From Nageia nagi (taxonomy: Eukaryota > Plantae > Pinophyta): DNA of 64,000 bases. The stretch lies in NCBI GenBank assembly GCA_050084985.1, contig JBITNC010000001.1, positions 1,922,001 to 1,986,000 on the forward strand, in the 5' to 3' direction. Below the pieces are notes generated by a model. It worked only from the letters and a program-made list of their open reading frames with translations, was not told where the DNA came from and searched no databases. Positions 37,601 to 49,600 of this stretch are shown here, piece after piece; within the stretch, counting starts at the first letter, position 1, and the number at the start of each line of letters is the position of its first letter. The translations under genes and the position numbers were made by a program.

Positions 37601-40600
37601 CAAAATGATGTGAGGATGCCCCTTCAAGGAGTAAACATAGAAGTTCTCTCTTACAGTGTAGCTCTGTAGCCTCACCCCAAATCTCTTCACTATGTGGTCC
37701 ATAGGAGTGAGTTTCCCATTGGCATTGGAAACTTTGAATCCTTCAAACCCATTGGTTTTTACTATTATAGGTTCTTCTTTTCCACAAAGCCCTCCTTGAT
37801 GAAGTTGTGAGATGCTCTTGGATCAATAAGGACCATCACATCCTCTCGACTAGCTTGTCCCACCACCTTTCGTATGAGGTGCTTCTTCACTCCAGAAGTG
37901 AAGCGATCATACCGCCCAAAGTGCCTTATGCTCTAGGTGCCTCCTAGTCCAACATGTCTACGCCATAGAATAAAAAAACTCCATTTAACACGTATTTTCC
38001 ATTTAATCGTGTATTTTCAAGGCTCCCGTATTTTAAAAATACTTACCTTCTATAGTATTTTTGGCATTTTTCCCCGTTTTTCCCGTATTTTTTGCCGTTT
38101 TTATCATTTTTCCGTATTTGTCCTTGGGCCGTATTTTCAAAAAATGTATTTTTATTCTATGGTCTATGTCAAGATCCAGGTCTAAATCATCAGTTTCCTC
38201 ATCGGAAAACACCTCTATGCAATGTACTTGTCCCTTGCCTTGGCAACGGTGCCCAAGCTCCCAAGTCTTCTTGCAATAGAAGCACTTGCCTTCCTCCCTC
38301 AACTTCCTTCATGTGGCTACATCGAACTGGTTCGTCCAAGGTGGGGGGAAGGGTTTGGCCTTGCTAGGCCCTTCCTTATCTACAAAGGTCTTCCATGTCA
38401 CCGACCATTTGTACGCCTGCCCTCACTTGAGGGATTTCACTGTCGACTCTACATTGTATGCAACCCGAATGGTATCATCAAGGCTCCTAGGAGAGGACAC
38501 CTTGACCATTCCTTACAACAGCTCCATCAATCCCTCTATGAAGAGGAATGTCAACCGCTCCTCAGGAATGTGGTGAATCATGACTACAATCTTTTGAAAT
38601 TCCGATACATACTCATCCACCGCTCCCTGTTGCCTCAAAGATGTCAGATCCCGAAAGTAATCATTCTCCTTCTTTCGATCAAACCTCTTTACCAATTGTC
38701 TAGCAAACTCATCGAAGGAGGTAATGAGTGAGTAATCTTTGCTGATTACTCCATGTTGCCACCATTCGAGGGCATCACCCTCAAAATGTAATGATGCAAA
38801 ATGGATTGCATCTTCCTCCACCATGTTTGGGCTCGAGGTGAAATAGGCCTGCAGCTGATGTAGCCATGCCCTAGCAGTCATCCTCTTCTCGTTGTACATA
38901 TGTACTTGAATTTTATTTATCTTTTGTTGCAGCTCACTATTATCTCCCCACAAGCTGCTTGGGGTGTGTGGACCGTGTGAACTACTCCCTTTCAACCCTA
39001 AGATCTCCAGGTAGCCATTGAAGTTGACATCTCTCTTAAAGCCCGGATTCAACATAGAGTACTCCCTGAAAATCTGATTTAGCTCTAGTGGGCCAGGAAC
39101 CCTATTCTTTGCCTCTTCTCCTGACTTCTTGGTGAACATGGGTTTGGACAGCTTAGGGATAATGGGTTGTTCCCCGATCTTGCCAACCTCCTCATCCAGA
39201 TACCTCCCTAGGAGAAGGTTTGTACCATGTGGCGCCTTGTGTGAGTGGGATCTCAGGGATGTGGGTTCTGGAAAACCATAAATCTATGATGAGTGGATTC
39301 CCTATCTCTGAGACTGCGGGATATCCTCATACTCAACTCCCTATCTGCTCTATACTCTTCATGCGGCTCTTCTCCTTCGTTTAGGATAGAACGTGGGGGC
39401 TAACGTGCATTTCTGGCTCCTCTCAAACTCCCACATGTCTGTTCAACTGTCTTTGCATGGTGGTGATGGCTCCAATCATGCTATGAATGGCCGAAATAAG
39501 CTTATTGAACTTTCGTTCAAGTGTGGATTCCCGAGCCAAAGTAGAGATTCTCCTCCTAGCCGATGCAAACCTACCTCCTGGCGCATCATTCTCTTCTTCA
39601 TAGTCACCTTCGTTTGGCACCTCATTCATCCATGGTCGGTGCTCTTCCTCTTGGACGGCCCTAGAAGGTGTGTCTTCTGCCTACAACTTTCCGCTCTTCC
39701 TAGCAGATGCCATCTCCTTCCGAATGGTGGATCTAGTGTAATAGCAGTGAATTGCAGCTATCATTCACAGGTTGGCCAGATCCAAGCTCTGATACCATTG
39801 TAAAGATCCAATTATAAACTCAAGTGCAAATTAGCAAATTCAAGCAAGTAAACCCCAACATCTGGTCTAGGCCATCCAAATTATGCATACACAACACAAA
39901 CTAGCGAACATCTGGCCAAGACTAACCAATATCAATTATTACAAGCTCACAATGCCAACGTCTGGCTCACACATGCATGAATGAGTAATCAAACCACAAC
40001 ATTGCAATAATGGACAAGTGTACAATATAACATGAGATCTGAATGCCCAATGGTTGTATGTATGATAAATAATGAACAACAATACAATATCAAGCTCCCA
40101 GAGTTGGACGTTGGCCTCCAAGGAACCATCTAGGGCACAACGAATATCCTCAAGCTGGACTAATGGATGGGGCAATCTTGCTCCCTCAAAACTCGATTCC
40201 TTGGCCGCCTGCATGATAATGTTCTCGAGTCTCAATACGCAATGATAAGGTCAACATTGCTTGTTGGAATTGTAATGGTACAATGTGGTCCTCATCGGGC
40301 ACCTTCCAAGATGTGGTATCTTCTCAAGACCTTATCTTTCTTAGAGAGACTCACGAGAGCCTCAAACAAGCACTCCCCAACATCACAAGTTTCTATTGGC
40401 TTTCGACATTCAGGCAGGACACTCGATGCACAGGAGGGGTTCGTTGTTCAAGAGGCGTAGCCTGCCTCATCCGAGATGCCCTTTGTTCTCGCATCTCCCT
40501 ACTGTCAGTAGACCCCCACTCACGATTCATGTGGATCTAGATTCGGAGTAGCCTTCCTACTAATCGAGATGTCTTTCTCGATGTTTGCTACTTCCCACCT

Positions 40601-43600
40601 GCTTCCTCTTCGTATGCTCTTTACACGGATGGAGACCCATTCATAGACCTCTATAGGGACATCACACATTTTCCTTCTATGGGAGATATCATCATCTTAG
40701 GAGATTTTAATGCCAAGATAGGGGATTGTCAAACACCTATACATGAGCTAGAGGATGATGCATTTTGTACATGAGAACAGGACCTATATGATTTTGGCAT
40801 GCAGAGGACGTCAGCAGATAGGAATGCTCCTGTTACATCCTATGGCCGACACCTACCTCACCTTGCTGAGTCCCATGGACTCTTCATTCTTAATGGGCTC
40901 TCATGATTTCCTGACTCCGGTGGATTCACATGTTTTCCCCACAATGGAGGAGAGAGTGTAGTAGACTATGTCTTGGCTAGCATGCATTTGCTCACATGTA
41001 TGCAGGATTTCTTTGTCTCTTGCTGCCTCCCCCTTGCTGATCATGTGGCCATTTCCTTTATTCTCCTCGTGAATCCCACCCCCACACCACCCTCTCATCC
41101 ACCCCCCTCCTCAAGCCCCCCATGCTCTCGCCTTCACACGATACTCTTTAGCACCAATTTGGCCGACCTGTACACTATCTGTCTCTCCACACTCCTTGCT
41201 ACCAGGCCCAAACCATCCCCTCCTCCCTCCATCGCCTCCGCTACTACCACTTATGAGTTCTTATCCAATGTCCTTTGGGAGGCAGCCCTCAGCACTTTCC
41301 CCCACCGAACCTATCAATCTCGTCCTCCCCGTTGTCTGGGATCTTGTCCCAGGAATCATTGGTTTGATGCGGAATGTAAGTCCATGCACTAGAGACTCTG
41401 TTTCGCCCTCACCCATGACCTTTCTTCTATGCCTTACGTCAAGGCGAAATATCGTAGGCTCCTTTGCCGCAAGAAACACCAGTTTCTTGCCACTACTCAA
41501 CAATCCCTCATCCACTCCCTGCACCACTCCCTGAAGACCTTTTGGCGCACCCTCCTCCCAAGGAAACCCCCCGCTTCTAACATTGTCCTCAGTCTTGGGT
41601 TTCTTATGCTTGTTCACTTTACGAAGTCCCCACCCATCTCTTCGCCCCCTTCCTCATGCCAACTATTTTGTACAAAAGTTGTTCAGAGAGCCATTCAAAA
41701 ACTGTGTGCCGGAAAGGCAACTGATTGTGAGGGTTTGTAGGCTGAGTTATTGAAATATGGGAGTGATATACTTGCCTCCCCCATTGCTGACTTATTTAAT
41801 GAGGTTGTGTGTTCGGGTTTCCCCCTTCTTGGTCACAACACATTATTCATCCCATCCACTAGGCAGGAGATTGTTCCGACCCGAACAATTACAGGACCAT
41901 CATGATCAGGCACACCTTTGCCAAGCTCTATGCCACAGTTTTAGACATGAAGTTATCGGACCACCTAAAGCAAAGTGGTCTCTAAGCACAAGGGCATGCT
42001 GAGTTTAGGAGAGGTTTTCAAACTATCGACCATATTTTCACACTTCGAGCTATCATTGAGGAAGCTTGACAAAGGTCCTCTAAGGTCTTCTATTGTTTTG
42101 TTGACTTCATGAAGGCCTTCAACACAGTCCCGCGACATCTACTCTTTCGGAGACTACAGACTATTGGTATCTCTAACAGATTTGTTACTACCATTTTGAG
42201 ACTCTATGAGATAGTTATTAGTCGTTTTCAGATAGCCGATGGTTTTTTTTACATGGTCTCTAGCACTATTGTGGTTAAGCAGGAGTAACCCCTATCACCA
42301 ACTCTCTTTGGCTTATATATTGATGACCTAGAGGACTTCTTCCAGCTATACATAGCCACATATGATAGTTGTCTACTCTACCATATTCAGATTGCTATGC
42401 TACTTTTTGCGGATGATGTGATCCTCCTATCACACTCCCCAAAGAGCCTCCAATGATAGTTATATGCTCTTGCCCTTTTTTGTGACCAGAACCAACTCAC
42501 AATCAACCTCAATAAAACCAAGGCCATGATCTTTAATACCTCTAGGGCTACTCTATCCAGCTTCCATTTTTACTATAGAGGTGAGACGGTTGAGATTTCC
42601 ACCACTTACACTTACTTGGGAGTTCAGTTCTCTAGGCCATCTTTCAACCTGAAGCCAACCTCACAGACGCCTCAGCAAGGGATACGCTTCACTCTCCGTC
42701 TTGGAACGCCAGTGCTTTTAGATACACTTCCAAGATATCCCTTCGAAGATACACTTGTTTGATACACTCATTACACCTACCATTCTCTATGGTTCAGAGG
42801 TCTGGGGTCCTAGCTTTGGGCCGATTGAGTGGTCACGCATTGAGAGAGTTCAAACCATCATGCTCTAGCGTATGATCCACTGTAAGCATACAGTTCCTAG
42901 TGCATTGTACAGAGTGAGTTTGCCGTCCAACCACTTCGCCTTGAGACCATATTCAGGCTTGGGTCCTTCATTCATAGACTCAAATAGTTTGGAGACTCTG
43001 CCACTGGCCGTGAGAGGTATCCTTTTCTTGCTTTATGCTCATCGGAGAGGATTGCATCACTTGGCACTACTAGGCTCAGACGATGCTGGTACTCCGAGGC
43101 CGATCTGATACTACAGTTGGTGGGCATTTCAATTGATTGACTCCCATCCTTCAGCCACACATTGGCTACCTCAAGACCCTCGAGGGTGACACCCCATCGA
43201 TCTATTAGAGAGGATATCTATCGTCGCTATATTCAAGTCACTTGGATCTCTCCTCCGCATCCTCTCAGCCCCAAGCTGTCTTTCTATGCTGAGCATTTTC
43301 TGCAGCTCGCTGATGGCCTCATTGTTATGCCGACCTACCTCCAGCACCAATGGTCTTCCAGGTTGAGGGTTCCTCTCGACCAACTTCGAGTTTGCTCACA
43401 TCAGCTCCGTATCGAGATTGACCATCATATCCCTTGGACAGATAGGACTTGCCGCCTTTGTTCTCTACAGGAGATAGAGAATGAGAAGCATCTGATCTTC
43501 AGATGCCCCATCTACTATGAGATCCAGGGTGATATTACAGCTTATTCAGAGAGTCTCGGGGCTCGGTATCCACCCTCTTTCTCTACCCTAACCAGAGATG

Positions 43601-46600
43601 TCTAGCACTCTTCGTGCGTGAGATTACTCTTTTCAGGCAAGCATCCTTACAAAGATCTGCAAAGGCCCCCCAAACCACCAGGTTGATCAGTTCTTTCTTC
43701 CAGCCTACCTCGGGTCTCGTAGATAAGAAATGCAAGATGGGGCTCTTTCGCATACCCACGAGCTTAGGTAGACATGATGCCATCTTGCCCATCAGACCGC
43801 TACCAAACAGTCACAGCTCGGACGACAGATATACATCACTAGCTTTTTCTCCTCCACGGGTGTTCCTTCGGTCTTAGATGTTGAGAGAGACCCACGAGCC
43901 TTGCTTAGCCCTTCCAGCCCAGGGCCCTCAGTACCTAAAGTGATTGGATCTACATTTGATGATTGAGGATGTTGGTCCTTTTGGTTTCTCAATGTACTAT
44001 TGCATAGCTTTAGTGCTTCTTGCTTTTGCTTTTTCAATTTTTGGGGTTTCTCACCCCTACATTCCTGCTTTTAGCTAGATTGTACTTTTCAAGTCCCATT
44101 GACCTATTTTGGTCACCCAAGGACATTAATATTATTTCTATTTCTATTTTTCTTCACCAAAGGAGCCCTTCTCTAATCCTGGAAACCACTGAAGGTAGAA
44201 GCACATGCCCAACGTGGGTATCCAACATTAGCCTCCTAAGGCCCAGAATGTCCAACGTGGGTGCCTAGGGGGCAAGCATGCCCAACATGGGTATCCAGGA
44301 GCCACAAATGCCAACGTAGGCATCTAGAGTGCCATGCATGCCTAACGTGGGTCTAAGAGTCGTGTGGGGGCTAGGTGTCATCATGAGCTAACGTGGGGGT
44401 CTAAGAGTCTCCCCAAGGCTGGCGCATGTATACAAGTGCTCATCCATCCAAGTGCTAAACAGACCTTGGGATTCCCACAATAATGATTGGAATCTCCAAG
44501 TACAATAAAACTCCTAATCTATGCTTGGGAGGGAGACGTCCCACTTGGAGCTCATAGTGGAGTCCATTGACCCATTGAATCTTCTATCCCAAGTCCCAAC
44601 TTAAAGCACACTAACAATAATAAACTATAATACAACAGGGAATTTGTTGGATTCCATATTTAATTATAAATGTGCAAGGGGGACATCACAAAGTGCAAGT
44701 CCAAGTCGACCTATTGGAGGGATTGGAATCCCTTCCTACCTTGAGCCACGGGTAACTCCTAGAGCCCAACCATCTATTACCAGTATCTTGAAGTAGAATG
44801 AGAAAAAACATGCAGACTTGATGGTGGCCAAATTGATTTATTATTAAGTTTTTATCAGCATTACCAAGAGCCATTTCTTGCAACCAATGTTCGATGCAAC
44901 TTGTGCAGTTGAGACTGCGTACATAGCTTCCGCTCATTCAAAAATGCAAGGGCCTCTTATGCAAGATCTCAAGCAAGAGTGTGTGGAGAGGTATATATTA
45001 AATTTTAGTTATTAAATTTTTTTCATATTTCTTTACTTGTAGTTTTTTAATTGCATTCTTAGTTCCATTTTAAATTTTAGTTGTTTTATTTTTGTTTTGT
45101 TTAGTTTTTTTTCAGATTGGCTAATATTCGAGATTCTTGGAAGATATCTAGTTGCACCATATCGGGTAGAACCCTAATTAATTGACTAGTTTATTCCAAA
45201 CAGGGCACAATATTCATGAGATCCATGGATGCATCTGCTCAGACAAAGGATTCAAATATGTTATGCGATCTATTAGACAAGTTTGTGAAGGAGGTAGGGG
45301 TGGAGCACATTTGTCCAGGTGGTCACAGACAACGCTACTAACTATGTTTCAGTCAGTAACAAGCTTATGGATAGGGATCCCTTCATTTACTAAACTCCAT
45401 GTCCTTGTCATTGCATTGATCTCTGCTATAGGGCATAGGCAAATTGCCTTGGGTGAAAGAGGTAGTTGACCAAGCAAGGTCAATCACCTAGTTCATTTAT
45501 AATGAATCCACCGTTCTTAGCATGATGGGGATATACACCAACACCGTGTTGTTGCACTTAGGAGTTACACATTTTGCCTCCAATTTATCTTTCTTCAATC
45601 AATATTCAGGTGCATGCATGTGATTCGTTTAATGTTTGTTTCTAGAGAGTAGAGTGCTTCCCCATGAGCATGAGGCTAGAGGGCCAAGTGGTGGCTTCTT
45701 TGATAGGCAAGTATCACTTTTGGATGACAATCAAAGAGGTTTGTACGATTATTGGACAACTTGTACGAGTCATCCGTTAAGTTGATGGTGATAGGCCTAC
45801 TACAGGCTACTTGTATGAGGCCAAAGCTAAGGCCAAGGAGGCCATAAAGAATTATTATATTGACTAGCCTACTAACGATAATGAGTTTGGTGACAAGCAT
45901 CCCATCTTTTGGGACCTCATTGATCAATGATAGTGCAATATGTTGTATCGCCCTATTTATGGAGCAAGGGTCATCTTGAACCCTATCTTGTTTTTTGCAC
46001 CAAACTCTCAATATATGACTGATAATAAGGTTAACATGGGGCTAACAAAATGCATATCTAGTATGGTGAGTGATCCCACCACTCATGCCAAAGTCTTCAA
46101 GGACCTTGATAAGTACAAGAACTCAAGAGGCCCCTTTGGTTTTGGTGTTGCTAAAGAGTCGCACTGTTTGCTCCCTCCAAGTGAGAAAAGCTAAAAGTTC
46201 ATTATGTTATTTTTTTATAGTTTATAATTTTAAGTTTATACATTAAGGCCTTTACCAATTAAATATTTTCTATTTGTTACTTCTTATTTTAGAAATGTGG
46301 TGGACGAATTTTGGGGGTGAGGTACCTAATTTGCAAAGATTCCTCATCTACATCCATTTTTCAAACATGTAGAGCTTCAAGATGCGAGCGCAGTTGGAGT
46401 TTGACCCTAACACTAAGATTAAACCCAATGATGATGAGCCACTTGTTCAGTACCAAAGACAAAGGCCTAGGATACACCAAAATCTTACAGGATTGCCTCC
46501 TCGTATTAGTACTCCTACTACCACGAAAGCACCTTCTCCTACCACCCCTACTAGTGGAGCATGTGGCGGTAGTACTAGTGGCCGACTGACTAGTAAAACG

Positions 46601-49600
46601 GCTAGAGCCTTGGGCCATCCACATTGATGCCTTGATCCTTGATATTGTATTTAGTAATTTAGTATTTTTTGTACTTGGCACTTGGTATTCAGTGATAGAA
46701 TGAGACAGCATACTTATGACTTTATGAGTAGACATCTGACATACATTTTGTAGATGACTTATTTTCATATATTGATGTTATGATTTATGAACATGAATTA
46801 CAATTTACAATCATTTTCTCTAAATTTTATGTCATGAATGTTTTGGTATACGATATGGCCCATATAAGAATGATTTAATCATTTATGGCAATTACATAAG
46901 CATACTCTATAGAAAAATATTAAAAAAATTACATGTTTTTTTAAGTTTTTAATGTACTGCGTATTTTTCCTGAATTTGCAAAAAATATTTTAAAAATATG
47001 TTGCACTTTATATAAAATCATTTTTTTTGCCGAATAATTTGTTGCATTTTGTAATAAACAATTTGCTATGTATTTCGATGAAAACAAAACTATGTTTTTT
47101 TCATATTTAATGCAAAAATTATGTTGCACTTCATCTAAAATCAGATTTTTTTCATTTGCTTTTGTCGTATAATTTCCGAATCACTAAATATTTTCAACTT
47201 GGACCCAAATGAAGGTAGACACTGCCGCGCAAATTTGTGCCTACCAGCCTACTAAATGATGTTGTCTAAGGGGCATCTGGTGCCTCTAGAGTCTAGTATG
47301 GGCTAGAAGGAGCTAATCAACTTAGTGGTCTGAGGGATCTCTCTAGTGGACTATTGCTTAGCTCTATGTCTGAAGATAGTAACCTCTCGAAGTAAAAGGG
47401 ACAAGTATCTTTGTACAAGCAATCATACCTCCTTTGAATCTTGTAATATGTGGGACATCAAAATATCAAATGCTAATTCTCCACCTTCTAGAGAGAGCAA
47501 AGATATGAAGTTCTATCGTTGCAAAGAATATGGTAGTCTGTCTCAACCCGAAGCTAGTGGGCCAAGACTCACAATTGGCCAAGGCGAATCCTCAAACCGT
47601 AAGACCAAAGTTGTTGAAGATAGGTTGGCTTGACAATGGTACCATGAATAATCTGTAAGAAATGCTCAACATAGAAAGCCACCGTAGGGCTAAGAGGTTG
47701 AGGGGAAGAGATCCATGTAACCTAAATGTATAGTCAATAAATGTCCTCTTTGATAGATCTATATTGATCACAACCTTTGAGGGGTAGAGGCAACGGGGAG
47801 CATCCAACGATTAGCTGAAGGGTGGAATCACAACATGGTGCTAAAAAATGGTACCTCTTGCAACTTGAAAAAGAATCACCCAATAGAGTAAATCTATGGA
47901 GGAAGGATGTGAGCTTGAATATGCTCTCAAGACGGAGTGGCTATGCAACAAACTCGCTTTGAACAATACAATGGAGAATTGTTCATTTGCAACGAATCAT
48001 GTGCTAAAATATGATGGTCTAAACCCTCTCCATACATTGCCCACTCAATAGGTTTAGAACTAGAGCTCCAAATCTTTGATCCATAAAGAAATATGGGTTT
48101 AATGAGTGTATCGAAGAGGCATTTCCTTGAAGGGATGTCTTAAAATTGAATCTAAAAGCATTGACGTTCCAAGATGGAGAGTGAAGCATATGCCTTGCAA
48201 AGACATGACTGTCATGTCGATTTTAAAATGAAAGATGGCCCAAAGAATTGAACCCCTAGGTATGTGACATCCCCCTTGCATGGTTGTAATTGATTGTGGA
48301 ATCCAACGGATTCCTCATGTAATATATTTTATTTTTGCATTGTACTTTCATATTGTAACTTGGGATAGAAGACTTAATGGGTCAATGGACCCCACTGTGA
48401 GTCCCAAGTGGCATGTCTCCCTCCCAAGCTTAGAATAGGTGTTTTATTATACTTGGAGATCCCGATCTTGATTGTGGGAATCCCAAGGTTTGTTTTACAC
48501 TTAAGTGGATGATGAGCACTTGTATACATGCACCAGCCTTGGGGAGATTCCTAGACCCCCACGTTGGCCCATTATGACACCTAGATCCCACGGATGGCTC
48601 CTAGACCCACGTTGGGCATGCACGGCACTCCTAGACCCCCACGTTGGCATTTGTAGCACTCCAAGCACCCACGTTGGGCATTCTGGGCCCCCAAGAGGCT
48701 AACGTTGGGATTAAGGAGTCATTGGAGCCTCATTTTTGGATATACCTGATTATTATTATTCTTCGTATTGTCCAAAGGAAAACAAGACTTAGCAACACTA
48801 AGCAATCCCCTAGGTGCAGCATTTAGGAGAGCTATCAGGTTGAGGTATCCTAATCGTCTATGGCATTGGTGTAGCATCCTTGCCCATCCAATGGTATTCC
48901 GAGGTTGAGCTTCTTCCATTCAATTGGTCACCAGGATCAGAGGAGAGCTCCTTCGATGGAGAGGATTCAGGTTTTGAGGGAGCAAGGTTGTCCCATGGTT
49001 CTACTTGTCCGTCCAGCATTGAGGATACACGACTTGCCCTAGTTGGCTCCTAGGAGGCCAACATCCAGCTCTAGAAGCTTGGTATTGTATTGTTGCTACT
49101 TCATATCATTAATACAGCCATTGGACAGTTTGATCTCCATATTACCTTGTATACTTGTCCATGTTTGCATCGTTGGATTACTATGTGCATGTATGCTTGT
49201 ATAAGCCATACGTTGGCATTGTGAGGGTTTGAATATTGTTATATGCTAGTTTTGGCTAAACATTGGCAATATTGTGTTTTTTATGTGTAATTTGGATGCC
49301 CTAGACCAAACATTGGGGTTTACTTGCATTGTTTGAGTTGTTTGCACTTGATTTTGTAATTGGATCTTTACAAGGTAAGTGTATGTAGTGATCTCTATTG
49401 ATGATCCTTTATAGGAGAGTTGGAATCTGAAGAAAGCACCTCGAGAGGTGTTAAAGATCATGACCTTAGTCTTACCAAGATTGATTGCTAGTTGTCTAGT
49501 CCCACAGAAGCGAGTGAGTGCATCCAATTGTCTCTAAAAGCCCTCAAGGGAGCAAGAAAGGAAGGTCATATCATGTACAAAAACAAGTATGATGATCTAG

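Larger units (their letters stand above)
35192..44690 (-). mobile_element. Second Gag/protease-only Gypsy element, related but a distinct LTR family. Its 5' LTR is interrupted by a LINE
   Basis: 3' LTR 35192-36379, 5' LTR 39799-44690 (split). Perfect TSD AAGTG (35187-35191 and 44691-44695). PBS at 39786-39797, PPT at 36380-36390. Gag ORF 38513-39139 (LHFEGDALEWW, LRQQGAVDEY), knuckle CFYCKKTWELGHRC, protease LIDPRASHNFI. Confidence 0.93.
34211..47201 (+). mobile_element. Second degenerate hAT transposon, split by the Gypsy at 35192-44690
   Basis: BED finger MPKELDKFWQY...LKCNPCEKEFRGTITRFKRHI (34897-35148). After the Gypsy: PCPCHCIDL (~45397), WWTNFG (~46295), ASRCERSW (~46372). GCCGAA/GCCAAA subterminal repeats. 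Ends are approximate. Confidence 0.8.

Noticed and set aside
38033-38302. ORF fusing a zinc knuckle to a Lys-rich tail
   Set aside because: It is read-through from Gypsy gag into the inserted MITE.
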